Assembly (NCBI RefSeq): GCF_006345805.1
Contig: NC_043016.1
Coordinates: 5,456,001 to 5,520,000, forward strand
Origin: Octopus sinensis
Lineage: Eukaryota
Direction of reading: 5' to 3'
DNA length: 64,000 bases
This document shows positions 14,101 to 26,582 of the stretch, in pieces. A program made the position numbers and the translations under genes. Each line of letters begins with the position of its first letter. Position 1 is the first letter of the stretch. A model generated the notes under the pieces. It searched no databases, had not been told where the DNA came from, and saw only the letters and a program-made list of their open reading frames with translations.

Positions 14101-17100
14101 GATCATCCCCGATCATCCCCGACCTCAAACACCATGTACAAAGAAATTAAATGCCACCGATACTATTCAACCCAAGTATAACAATCGAGCGGTACGTACA
14201 ACCCAAGAATAACAATCGAGCGGTAACGATCATCCCCGACCTCAAACACCATGTACAAAGGAACTACGAAGAAATTAAATGCCACCGATACTATTCAACC
14301 CAAGAATAACAATCGAGCGGTACGTACATTAAACCTACAACAAAAAATGTACGAAAAACTACACGTGCGAAATAATGTGACAACAGAAATAAACGGACCG
14401 GTACCCTACGAAAATGACGACCGTCAAAATAATGGGCCGGACGTTGTACCTCATGTCCCGTAATTAAAAACCAAAAGACGTAAATGGACACGTGAGGAAT
14501 ACATTTCTATCTTACACGCATACTTCACAGCAATGCTCTACCCAAAAAATGAAAATACAACAACACATACATATAAAATATGGAAGGAAAATAATAGAGA
14601 TATAGACTTGGATACAGCAATGAACCCTAATAAATTAGCTAACGTACGAAGATACATTCTCAAAGCCAAAAAAATATCAGAAATAGAAATAGAACATTTA
14701 AAAAAAAAAATACACCAGGAAAGTGTAGATAGAAGCCACACAACAATGCCCAATAATATAAACACTGAAACTGTAAACACGAAGACAAACGCAACATTCC
14801 CAACAAACACGATAAACAACGAAGAGGAGCCTAATGATTATGATAATATAAAAAATAAAATAATCAAAGAACTGAAAACCACAGAGCCCAAAATGGACCA
14901 CCGACCATACCTCCCAGAATAAAAATAAACGCAATAACAACACCAATTATAAACAACATAAACCTAGCCGTCACTGAACTAGCCACTGAAACAAAAAAAA
15001 GTGATATCACTGAACTAAATGACTTGATATACGCAGCAGCCACCGCAGCCACAAAAGAAGCTGGATACTCACCAAACCCGCCCAAACAGGAGTACCACCA
15101 CCAAACAAACCCTGTGGATAAATAACATCCAAAACAAAAATTAAAAAATTAGAAAAGACCTGTCGATTCTTAATGAAATCAGCAAACAAGCAACGCTACT
15201 AAGCAACAAAAAGAGAACAAAAATGCTCCGCAAAATAACATCACAGAAAAAGATTTGCCTGAGATAAAAGAAAAGCTGAAGCAAGATATCCTTGCCAAAG
15301 CTCAAAGGATCCGCGGTACGAGAAACGCCAACGCTTCTTTGAACAGAACAAAAAGTTCAACTCCGACCCCAAAAAGTTCTACCAAGAACTGGGCAAAAAT
15401 AAAATAGAAGTCACTGCAGCACCAACGGCAGAAGAATTGGAAGAATTCTGGAGAGAAATATGGTCGGCGAACGAACAGCCAAAAAAAGGAGTATGAATAA
15501 CAAACTCGGCATCTGAACAACTTTGGACCCCCATAACAACTGAAGAGGTCACCCAGGCACTGCAAAAACTAAGCAACTGGAAGGCACCTGGGCATGACAA
15601 GATCCCCAACTTCTGGTTGAAATATCTAACAGGAATGCACAAAAAGCTGGCTGAAAACTTTAACAGGATACTAGCAGAGCCAGAGACAATGCCTGAATGG
15701 CTCACGAAGGGGAAAACCATCTTAATTCCCAAATCAAATGAAACAACAAAACCAGAAAACTACAGACCAAAAACCTGCCTCCCTACTATGTTCAAGGCAT
15801 TTACTGCAGTGATATCGCAAAGGCTGAACAAGCACCTGGACGAAAACAAACTGTTCCCAGAAGAGCAGAAAGGATGCCGCAAGGGCTCATATGGCTGTAA
15901 GATCAACTAATGATTAATAAAGCCGTAACTGAAGACAGCCACAGAAGAAGAAGGCCTCAGTGGCCTGGATGACTACAAAGGCGTTTGATAGCATCCCCCA
16001 CACATGGATCCTCGAAACACTAGCCATTAACAAAGTAGCACACAATCATAAAATTCATAGAGCACTCTATGAATAAATGGCAAACAGTCCTACACCTCCA
16101 AACAAAAGAGGGGCTCATGAAAACCAAACATCCCCATTAGAAGAGGAATATTCCAGGGAGACACGCTCTCTCCACTCCTTTTCTGCTTGGCACTGTCACC
16201 TCTATCTGATATGCAAAATAGAACTGGATGCGGATATAAATGTTACGGCAAAACGATCAGCCACCTTTTATATATGGATGACCTAAAACTATACGCTGCA
16301 AATGACAAACAGCTGGAAACACTATTAAAGACAGTTCATGGATTTACCAAAAAAATAGATATGAAATTTGGATTAGAAAAATGCGCCAAAGTAACCATGA
16401 AAAGAGGAAAACTAGTTAAGAGTAACAACATCACACTAGATAAAACCAATGAAATAAAAGAATTAGACCAAAGCCAAACTTACAAATACTTAGGAATCCA
16501 TGAACTAAATAAGACACAACACACACAAATGAAAGAGAAAATAAAAAAAGAATATTATAGACGAGTTAGATCAATACTAAAAACAGAGCTCAATGCTAAA
16601 AACAAGATAATAGGTATCAACACTTTAGCTGTCCCAGTTATAAGTTACAGCTACAATATCCTTAACTGGACACGAAATGAACTGTCCAAAATAGATAGGA
16701 AAACAAGAAAAATACTGACAGGATCTAGGATGCATCACCCAAAATCTGACATAGAAAGACTATATATACAACGTATAGAAGGTGGTAGAGGCCTTATACA
16801 GCTGGAAAACTACTATAAAATAACCACCATAGGACTGCAAAAATACCTACTTCAGAAGGAAGGAAAACTGATCCAGATAGCAGCAAAACACGAGCAAAAC
16901 AAAAAACTGTTCTCAGTATTTAAGGAAGCTGACAAATACAAACAAGAAATCAAACCACCTAATAAACACGAAGAAGAAGAAGATGATGAAGAAACAACAA
17001 AAGCTATAAAACAAATGAAATCCAAACTAAAAATAGAACAGCAACGAGCCATGATAAAATGATGGCAAGAAAAGCCCCTTCATGGTAAATACTGCACTAA

Positions 17101-17921
17101 ACTAAACGCAAAAGAAATAGACAAAGAAAAATCCCAGCAATGGTTGAGAAGCTCAGGACTCAAAGCAGAAACAGAGGGATTTTTAATTGCAGCACAAGAC
17201 CAAAGCCTCCCTACCAGAAATTACCAAAAACATGTAATGAAAAGAAATATTACAAGTAACTGCAGAATATGTGGAGATGGACAAGAAACAATAAATCATA
17301 TTATCTCTAGCTGCCCAGTCCTGGCTAAGAAGGATATATTCACAGACATGACAGAGTTGGAACCTACATACATTGGAAGCTATGCCAACATTATGGAATA
17401 ACAACAGAAAAAAGATGGTATAGACACACACCAGAAAAGGTCACAGAAAACGAGAAAGCAACCATACTCTGGGATATGCCGATACACACAGATAGAGAAA
17501 TTAAGGCCAACAGACCAGATATAGTTGTCAGAGATCATGAAGAAAAAAATGCTTTCTAATTGATGTATCAATACCGGCAGATGACAACGTGTCTCTAAAA
17601 GAAATGGAGAAACTCTCAAAATACAAAGACCTGGAAATAGAGGTAACTAGAATGTGGAACCTGAAAACAGAAACAATTCCTATCATAGTAGGGGCATTAG
17701 GCATGATAAAAAAATATTCAGACAAATAATAACAAAAACACCAGGACTTACAAACACATATAACATACAGAAAATTGCACTACTAGGCACTGCACACATC
17801 CTACGCAGAACACTTTCCATACAATAACCATCAGAGCATCACAACAAATCACAGCACATACCCAAGGCACACAGAGCTGCGCTCGGTAGTGAAGTGAAAG
17901 CACGCTATAAAAATAAAACTA

Positions 17922-17924
<3 letters not shown>
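14101..17924 (+). mobile_element. R4/Dong-like RT-RLE non-LTR retrotransposon, family A, near full length, disrupted
   Basis: N-terminal RKWTREEY motif; RT motifs KAFDS, RGIFQGDTLSPLLF, HLLYMDDLKLY; CCHC CRICGDGQETINHIISSC; RLE RPDI...LIDVSIP...EKLSKYKDL; about 100 bp 3' UTR followed directly by (AAT)n. Confidence 0.9.
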
Positions 17925-18011
<87 letters not shown>

Positions 18012-18043
18012 TAACAATAATGATAATAATAATAATAATGATA

Positions 18044-18102
<59 letters not shown>
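17925..18102. repeat. Compound (AAT)n-(GAT)n microsatellite
   Basis: Read directly. Confidence 0.97.
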
Positions 18103-18372
18103 ATATGAGAATGATCCCTGGCTTACCATACCTGCAAGAAGTGCAAAAGATTGTCTTAACTGGTACATCACACGTATTGAGAAGAGCATTGTCGATGTGA
18201 GAATTATTACTACCCATGTATTTTAATTTAACTTTAAAAAAAAAATTTTTTAATGAACGAACTATTGAGTTTGGTTTGATGGCCTACCGGTGTGTACTAT
18301 GAGTTTTTTGCCCTAGGAGTCGGGAAGACACTCTGCAAGAATCGGAAGCAAATTTGAAAGAGGAAAAAAAAG
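18103..18372 (+). mobile_element. R4/Dong-like family B, 3'-terminal fragment
   Basis: YMRMIPGLPYLQEVQKIVLTGTSHVLRRALSM* plus a 3' UTR nearly identical to the reverse complement of 44022-44280; followed by (AAT)n. Confidence 0.88.
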
Positions 18373-18389
18373 TAATAATAATAATAATG

Positions 18390-18456
<67 letters not shown>

Positions 18457-18523
18457 TAATAATAACAATAATAATAATAATAACAATAATAATAATAATA
18501 ACAATAATAATAATAATGATAAT

Positions 18524-18977
18524 ACATCTCTGGATGTAAAGTCTTAGCACCAGTGGAGTATAAATTAAGACATGACAGAGTTGGCCAATATCTACACTGG
18601 CTAATAAGTCGGCATTACAATATCAAAACTGCCGACAAGTGGTATAATCACCACCCTGAAGCTGTAACTGAAGGAGAAAATGCAACGATTCTGTGGGACT
18701 TTCCAGTACATACAGACCGAACCATCAAAGCCAGTAGACCGGATATTGTTGTGAAAGACCAAAACAATAAAGTTTGCTTATTGATCGACATGAGCATCCC
18801 CTGTGATCATAATATCCCGGCGAAAGAATTTGACAAGCTCAGAAAATATAAAGACCTGCTCATTGAAATTGAGAAAATGTGGCATCTCAAGGCGGTTACA
18901 ATACCAGTGATCGTAGGAGCACTAGGAATGATCAAGAAGGGAACCGAAAATTATATGAGAATGATCCCTGGCTTACC
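18524..18977 (+). mobile_element. R4/Dong-like family B, RLE-domain fragment lacking the 3' end
   Basis: ORF 18553..19023: RHDRVGQYLHW...ILWDFPVHTDRTIKASRPDIVV...LIDMSIP...KYKDL. Confidence 0.88.
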
Positions 18978-19329
18978 CTGGAAAAAACACACTAGTTACA
19001 CAGTAAGTGCGCAAATTAAATAATTACCTTTACATGCAACTGTCCATGCATCCATGTGTACATGCTTAATATTTTCAAGCAACATAATTAATGCCTACAC
19101 GACACACGTACACACGAAAAAATAAAACAAAAGCATGTGTCACGAGCGACGCTGTATAAAACAAAAAGAAAATGTTTTCCTACAAACGAATATAAAACGA
19201 GCAAATTAGTAACTCGGTTTAAAACATCATTAAGCAGTTATGCCCGGAAACATAGAGACCAAAATAAATAGAGGCGATTTTCGATCGATTACCCTACGAT
19301 ACGATAAATATATCCATTCGAAGAAGTAG

Positions 19330-20405
19330 TGTCATGTCAAAAAGTCCATCTTGAACAAACAGACCCGTCTCCTATTGTCACCGTCAATGCTTTAATCACA
19401 AGCCAAAACTCATGTCGGATCGGTCATCGCCCGGGACAAGGACCGCGTTACCCAGTGGGGAACCAGACTCAGGTCGAAAGGTCGACTGTTGGAACAAACT
19501 CTCCAAAAAACGAACTACTGGGTAACCAGGAACAGGATAACCCTAACCCTAGACCTGTAATGGCACTACCAAAAACACCACCTAAAGCAAAACGCATAAA
19601 ATGGACTAGAGAGGACTATAGAGATGTGTTGAAAGCTTCCTATACAACCAAACTAAACCCAAACAATAACCTCATTGTACAAACATACACTTCATGGAGA
19701 AACTTAGTAGGCAACGAAGTACGCAGATATATAGACACAAATAAATAAATAATAGATGCAAATTAATTCAGTAATGTACTTAGAGACATCATTATGAATA
19801 AAAAGTTACTGGCGCTGAAATTAACCAAATTAGGACACAAATGTCCCATGGTAGACCAAATGAAAACAGCAATAATGCAGGTAACAGGTGCACAGAACCC
19901 AGTGTACGAGCAATGCAAGAAAGCTGATAAAAGAATAGTAAAGAACAGACATGCGGGAAAAGAGGAGAAAGTAAACCTATCTCAAGAACAGAATAGATAT
20001 GACACAGAATTTGAGTTGAATAATAAAGAGATCATAGAATCAAGAAAAGATGTTATGAGAGACCTCAGCAAGACTGAATTTACTGACAGGATCAATAGAG
20101 AACAACATAATCATGATATATAATATTGCTCTTAGACAGATCTTAAGAAATTAGGGAAATGACCTAACAACCTTAAATAACCTCATCTATTCCACTGCTA
20201 AAGTTGTAACTGCTCAATTAGATATCAGGATGACACATGTCAATAGACCTCCTAAGTGGAAAGTAGCAATGCAAAAAGCGATCGAATTTTTGCGGGTGGA
20301 TATATCAGTTCTCGATGAACGTGCTCTAGCTTATGGAAAGGTTTATATGAGTAAATGTTAACACGAAATATGCTAACCAAAAATATAAAATAAAAGAGTT
20401 CAGTA
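19330..20405 (+). mobile_element. R4/Dong-like family C, 5' portion
   Basis: KRIKWTREDYRDVLKASY matches the N-terminal KWTREEY motif of family A. Downstream LNNLIYSTAKV and PKWKVAMQKAIEFLRVDISVL match family B N-terminal motifs. Confidence 0.65.
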
Positions 20406-21572
20406 AAAATTAGAGAGTTCAGTAGAGAATGAGGGATTTTAGATCTGAATAGGATCTGTGCTCTTTCAGCTAAACAAAGCCTAGATTTATTCGATCCGTT
20501 CACATTTGGTATGGATTTCTCAATTACTTTCCATTTAATCACATGTGGTGTTTCGTTATCTTTCGAACTTCATATATATGATAGCCAACTTAGTTGCTTT
20601 ACTTTTGTCCCTATTTCGGAAAGAGATTATGTGATTGGCATAGCGATTTTAAAATTACCTTTCACATAATCCAATATAGATCTTCTTATCAGTTGTATTA
20701 TTATTTAGGGTTGCAGTAACTTCTGCCGTATGTATGATAGATTTAATCATACATCGTTGATCAAGTGGACAGGATCTTTGGTCGCGACAGTTGCAACTAA
20801 ATTTAGGCTCTTGATAATGATCACATATAATGATACTCTTCATATTAAGGCAGCAGCAATATGATAATTTCACAGAAAGCCTATTAAATATTTTCCTGTA
20901 TCTGTGAGTTACCGGAAAGTGTTTGTCTAAGAGAGACAGGAATCTTTTACTTATGTTAGTTTTTATATTAAGGGAAAAAGGAGGGATGAAGCAAATAACT
21001 TTCCTTGGCCTATTTTTAGGTCTTTTATTAATACTAGAGGGGTTATGTATTACTTTATCTTTGATACCACTCGATTTATTATTAATATTTTGATTATTAT
21101 TAGAGGGATTATATATTAATTTATCTTTGAAGCCACTATTGGCTAGGGCATTTTTAAAAAAAAGGAGCGACTTTCTCGAAAATTGTTACTAATATCAGCT
21201 CTCAGATTTTTAAATATTACAGGAGGATGACAAGACTGTTTATGTATATATGTGAGTTTCTCATTAGGCTTACGGAAAGGTTTATATGAGGAGGAGTTTA
21301 AATCTAGGGCAACATCTAAATAATCAATTATAGGGAGATTAGTAGCTATTGTAATTTAAAGTGCTAATTGATTAAAGGTTGAAATAAGTTGCTTTCTAAA
21401 TCTATCAATGGAGTGACCATCACACCCATGGAAAATGCCCAAACTGTCCAATGTCATGAGATGGGTATTTATATCCCAACGTGTTTAATATAAATAAACT
21501 CACTAGGTCACAGACATCAGCACCATCATATGATCCCATAGATACATCAGATAATTCATCAATTTATCATAA

Positions 21573-21788
21573 TACTCTTTTTACTCTCTCTTTTACTTGT
21601 TTCAGTCATTTGACTGCGGCCATGCTGGAGTACCGCCTTTAGTCGAGCAAATCGACCCCGGTACTTATTCTTTGTAAGCCCAGTACTTATTTTATCGGTC
21701 TCTTTTGCCGACCCGCTAAGTGACGGGGACGTAAACACACCAGCATCGGTTGTCAAGCAATGCTAGGGGGACAAACACAGACACACAA

Positions 21789-21879
<91 letters not shown>

Positions 21880-22044
21880 ATATATACGACAGGCTTCTTT
21901 CAGTTTCCGTCTACCAAATCCACTCACAAGGCATTGGTCGGCACGGGGCTATAGCAGAAGACACTTGCCCGAGGTGCCACACAGTGGGACTGAACCCGGA
22001 ACCATGTGGTTGGTTAGCAAGCTACTTACCACACAGCCACTCCT
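21573..22044 (-). mobile_element. tRNA-derived SINE family 1 with internal (TA)n/(CA)n
   Basis: Minus-strand head AGGAGTGGCTGTGTGG (A-box-like) ... GGTTCAGTCC (B-box-like); tail ...GACTGAAACAAGTAAAAGAG with short repeats; nearly identical to 36896-37310. Confidence 0.9.
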
Positions 22045-22135
22045 ACGACTTTTTTATCCATGCTAATCCTTTACTGAACAATTGTGTTTTCCTCTCATGC
22101 CTGATAAAATCTTAGTCACCTTCCCTTACAGACAT

Positions 22136-22755
22136 AGCTCAACACATATATCAACTAGATATGACGAAATCACATATCCTCATTTAAGCACCGACGTAAA
22201 GCTACTAGCACCTCATTATCTTCGAAAATTTGGCAATTAAAAGACGATAATATTCAATTTGAGATTACGTGAAGCATTGTTCGGCGGGCTCCACTATATC
22301 CTAATGATAGATATGGCTGCAAATCATGCTGCACCGAGATTTATGAAATATTAAAACATCAGGGCAGTGTACTAAATGTTAAATCGGACCTTACGTTGGT
22401 AATCTTGCACCTGGTTCGTCGAGTATTTGCAAGCTTTAACCCGGTTACGTAATTCTATAATCCCTAGTTTAAATCCCAAGTCACTACCCTACCTCCGAGG
22501 TTCTATGTTGACAATCTTATATTGGCTGTAATTTACATTAGGTAACATTCATGACTTACTTGAACCTATCACGTAAGGTAAGATGAAATACTTGCATGAC
22601 CTCGATTTTCGTGGAGCACGAAATTTTGTCAGTGAACGGGTCGCGGTTTCAAAGTGACGAAAATATTTTGACACAAATTAAATTTAAATGTTGAAGTGAA
22701 TCTAACGGTTTTTGTGTGATTTTTAAATGGCTTATAAACACCTTCTACGCTGTAA
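22136..22755 (+). mobile_element. 3' fragment of a second Penelope-like family, inverted inside the first
   Basis: Plus-strand translation RNHISSFKHRRKATSTSLSSKIWQLKDDNIQFEIT*SIVRRAPLYP...CKSCCTEIYEIL...LNVKSD is a PLE GIY-YIG C-terminus. Confidence 0.7.
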
Positions 22756-23759
22756 TATTATACAAGTTGCCGGTTTTATCTGATTGGACAATAATTCCAT
22801 TTTAAATTTTCAGATTCCTTAAATGTTCGTTCCCCCTAAGGGGATACTAAATTAGTTTAACATTTCTCACAATAGACCATAAATCATCCTCAGACGCCGC
22901 CAAATGGTGGTTTGGTGGTAGAAATTTTTTGGTTTGAAAGTTTTTTTTTAAAGTTCAACATTTTCATTTTTGTTCAAATTCTTTATCATAATAAAACGCC
23001 TTCCAGCGGATCCTATGTATAAATTCAGTAGTCTTGGTAATTAAATCTGTCATATAATCCTTCCTGGGTGGTACAGGTATGTATTTTAATAAAACGTCAA
23101 TTGGTAACTTCTCCATTTTACCAGCGAAAAACAGTTTTAATATTATACACACAAGTAATATTTTAAATTAAATTCAATACAAGGAAAATAGGGATGAAAA
23201 CATCCAGTCTTTCAGTGGATCAACTGTTTAATACCCAGTTTAGTAGAGAAAAAACTTTACAATTAACATGGATTTGTATTAAATTTATAAAAATGAACAG
23301 AAAATGGAGATATACAATTGTTAATTCAAAAATTAAAATTTATTAACATAATATTGTATGTGTGTGTGTGAGCCTGTGCGTGTGTGCGAGTGTGCGTGTA
23401 TAATTATAAATGACAGAGAAATATTTCCATGAATCATTATTTAACGATAAAAACCCCCTTTCTCTTGTTTATATTTTTAATGGTTTGTAAAATGACACAT
23501 TAAGGAGCTTTTTATGAGTACTACGGGTTTACTTGAATCCATATACTGTGACTTAAATTTATATAGAAAGAGACAGACAGTGTGTGCGCGTGTGTGTGCG
23601 TGTGTGTGTACGCTTAGTGGGTATAGTTACATGTTCATAGACGTGATAGATGTAAAGAGACACACTTATAATCATTAAAATTTATTTAAATCTATAATTA
23701 TGCATTCAAATTATATATTGTTATAATCCGAATATTTAATATTTTTTCAATGCAAGGAA

Positions 23760-24690
23760 CCTATTAGGCTTGTTACTGATCAGATGCCAAATATTCTCTT
23801 GTGGAATTTCTTGTCAAGTTTCATGCAGTAATCTCAAAAGATCTGGCTTTGAGGATGCTTTCTTTTCCTTTTTATAAAGTATCCTGTCCATTATGGCTTG
23901 GATCATGTTCAATAGGGTTCATACTTGGTGACTAGCTTGGCCATGGGAACTTTTTAATGCCATTTTGATCTTGGGTCATTTTAGCCGTGTGACAGGGGGC
24001 CCCATCTACCATGAAGAAAGAGTCTTCTTTAATCCTTTGACCACTGGAGAAACTTTGAAGGAGTCCTTTCTGCAATATGGACACATATTTATCTGAGTTT
24101 CTGTTTCCCTCACACTCCATCACCCCTCATCAACCATGGCTCCAAGTTACTCCTCAGACAATCACAGAATAGCTGTCGTGTTTCATTGTTGGCTGCAATC
24201 TCTTCACATCAAATTCTTGATCACAGAGTCTACAGACCCACACTCAACCACTGTCAAGAAATACAGCAAGTCTGAACTCATCGGTGTCCTCAAATGTCTC
24301 TCCACCATCTCACTGGCCAATCTTTTCTCCGCTTGATGTTAGCTGCTCTGCCATAGAAGCCAAGTTTGTGGAGATACCTGACAGCTGCTCTGGACTGACA
24401 TCAACTTGTTCTTCTATGTTAGAAGCCTTGCAACGAGGATTATCTTCCACACTTCTCTTAACAAAGAGAAAGGTCCTGTCAGAGAGCCCTGGTTGATCTG
24501 GGCGAGACGATGTGGACTCCTTCTCCTCCCTAGAGAATTGCACAATCACTCTATTAACTGTAGAAAGCGGGATCCCAAGGTTATTTTTATGCGATTTTAC
24601 GCTACGTCCACCTTCAGAATGCCCCACAATGCGGCCTCTTTGAAATTCAGACTGTTCCACAGCTTATTTTGTACATGGCATAATTAAACA
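23760..24690 (-). pseudogene. Tc1-like transposase remnant
   Basis: [10 protein letters not shown]...[11 protein letters not shown] (paired-like HTH); FMVDGAPCHTAK, KFPWPS (DDE region). TIRs not resolved. Confidence 0.8.
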
Positions 24691-25950
24691 GTTATATATA
24701 TAGAACCTGAAACGTAAAAATGACAATTAATAAAAGATATAAAGCTTTAGAAGTTAGAATAAACATAAAATCATGTGTTATGGGGAAGTCTATTTACTTC
24801 TATCGCGTCTGTGCATCTATGGATGTATTAGATATGTATGAATGTGCGTAAGTATGTTGACTTGTATGCATATATGGTGCGTATATATACGCATATGTAT
24901 ATGTATGTATGTAATAATAATTGATGAAGAAAATGGGAGATAGATTTGGCACTAGTCTTTATTCAGTACGATGATTTTTTTCGACTCATCCTGCACTGTC
25001 TGTTATAAGTAGGATTTTGTTGCATCAATCTGCGCAGTTTGTGTCACATCAGGTACATGCGTAAAGAAGGGGATGTCCCGCTAGATATACTGAGATTCCT
25101 AGGGGCATGCTTTTCGTACCTGCTATATCTTGGTTATATATATATATATATATGTATATATGTGTATATAGATATATGTACACCTATATCAAAACAGATA
25201 TATATATAATTACGTGTTTGCTATTGTATGTATGTATGTATATGTATACGTGTTTGTGCATGTGTGTGTAGGTATTTGTGTATGAGTATATGTATAACTG
25301 TGGATACACTTGTGCGTGTAATTTTTCCCTTTGCTTATCTGTTTCATCACTCTTGTTGTCTACTTCAAAGAGCCCCTGTCAACTGTATCAGAAACATAGT
25401 TTGTTTTATTTACAATCCCTAGTTTCATCCTATCACCTGTTATGAGGTTCAACTCTATCGTACTTTTCCCTCCTACTTCTCTCTCTTTTCTTCTCTTACC
25501 ATTTCCCTCCTTCCACTTCTCCCCTACCTCCTCCCTTTATTCTGTTCCCTACAATGAGTTCATTAATATAAACTTAGTAACAGCTTAAGTTACAGACATT
25601 AGTAACAGCTTAAGTTACAGACATTAAGTTACAGACATTAGGTTGCTTGAGTCGTCTGGCACTCTGTTCTCTTTTGTGAGAAGTTCTAATTGTTAATTTT
25701 TATTTTGTAACAAACTTAGCGAGTGTGTGAATATCTTGTCTTGTACTTTCGGGGTACAAGAAAGCAATCACTCACTAGCCGTTGCTTTAACAATCCAGAA
25801 TTCTACCAGTCAGAAACAACAAGACGCAGACGTAAAATATATATATACTACTTTATTCTCTTTCTTGGTAACAATAACAATAAGTGTGTTATCTGATGTC
25901 CTTGGTTCTGGGCGCGCAAGGCTGAAAGTTAATCGATTGTAATATTTACA

Positions 25951-26480
25951 ATGTTCAGCCGCCAAAACAGAAAGGGTCCAAGATGGCGTCGAACAGGGAA
26001 GTTGAAGGTGGTCGGCAACAATTTGGTTAAAAGCTTTCGGCCGACTGCTATCAAAGCTGGACAGCTAGAAAATATACGTCCGTCTCCTTCGTCGCTGCCG
26101 TCCCAAGTCGTCGCTGCCGTCCCAAGTCGCCGCTGCTGCTGCTAGCGGTCAAACGTTCTACGATCCCCCTGCCTTGGCCAGGGTCGTGCTTCCGGTGGTT
26201 CGCGCATGCGCGAGAGGGCCCTTCCTTTCTGTGCCTTGGTGAAGGCACCAACACGCGCGAAATACAAATGGACGGTGCGCGAGCGCGCGCCGTTGTAGGA
26301 TCACTACAATTTTTATTCCCCTAAAGAAAACGTGTTTTTCTTCCTTTTTTGCGTGATGTAACACTTTTTTTCATCAACAAAGAACTCGCCTGAAACAGCT
26401 ATAGTGAACCATAACCCATATATATAGGAAGTGACCGGTCAAAGAGTGACTATTGGTCTCGCACCTTTAAAACGCTTAGC
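25951..26480. promoter_or_regulatory. CpG-rich promoter-like island
   Basis: CAAGATGGCG (YY1-type, 25979), CTTCCGG (ETS, 26189), CGCGCATGCGCG (NRF1-type, 26201), ACTACAAT (ZNF143-associated, 26303), GGAAGTG (26427). CpG density is far above the background. No downstream exon identified. Confidence 0.55.
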
Positions 26481-26582
26481 AGTCAGACTGAAATGGCTGA
26501 AGGCGTATAACAACTCTAGAAACTGGAAGAAGAAATACGTAACGGACAGTTGGTTTTGTAAGCAAAAATAAATTGTCCATGT

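Larger units (their letters stand above)
20410..23152 (-). mobile_element. Penelope-like element (RT + C-terminal GIY-YIG; Naiad-type motifs), degenerate and interrupted
   Basis: N-terminus KYIPVPPRKDYMTDLITKTTEFIHRIRWKAFYY; RKTQLFSKGLAWIKK; MGSYDGADVCDLV; CNCRDQRSCPLDQRCMIKSIIHTAEV...KIYIGLCE; IKWKVIEK...LCLAE. Contains a SINE and an inverted PLE fragment. Confidence 0.82.

Noticed and set aside
19538-19553. TAACCCTAACCCTA, telomere- or TERC-template-like
   Set aside because: Only about two units, inside the Dong-like family C reading frame (DNPNPRP) and not at a junction.
21980-22044. tRNA gene calls at the SINE heads (also 37245-37310 and 40621-40690)
   Set aside because: A/B boxes are present but no complete cloverleaf, and the sequence continues into SINE bodies.
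25574-25640. 25-bp tandem duplication TTAGTAACAGCTTAAGTTACAGACA
   Set aside because: Ordinary slippage duplication with no spacers, so not CRISPR-like.
25984-26031. ATG in strong context (MASNREVEGGRQQFG*) as a host first coding exon
   Set aside because: Stops after 15 codons and has no good GT donor; only the promoter-like character is retained.
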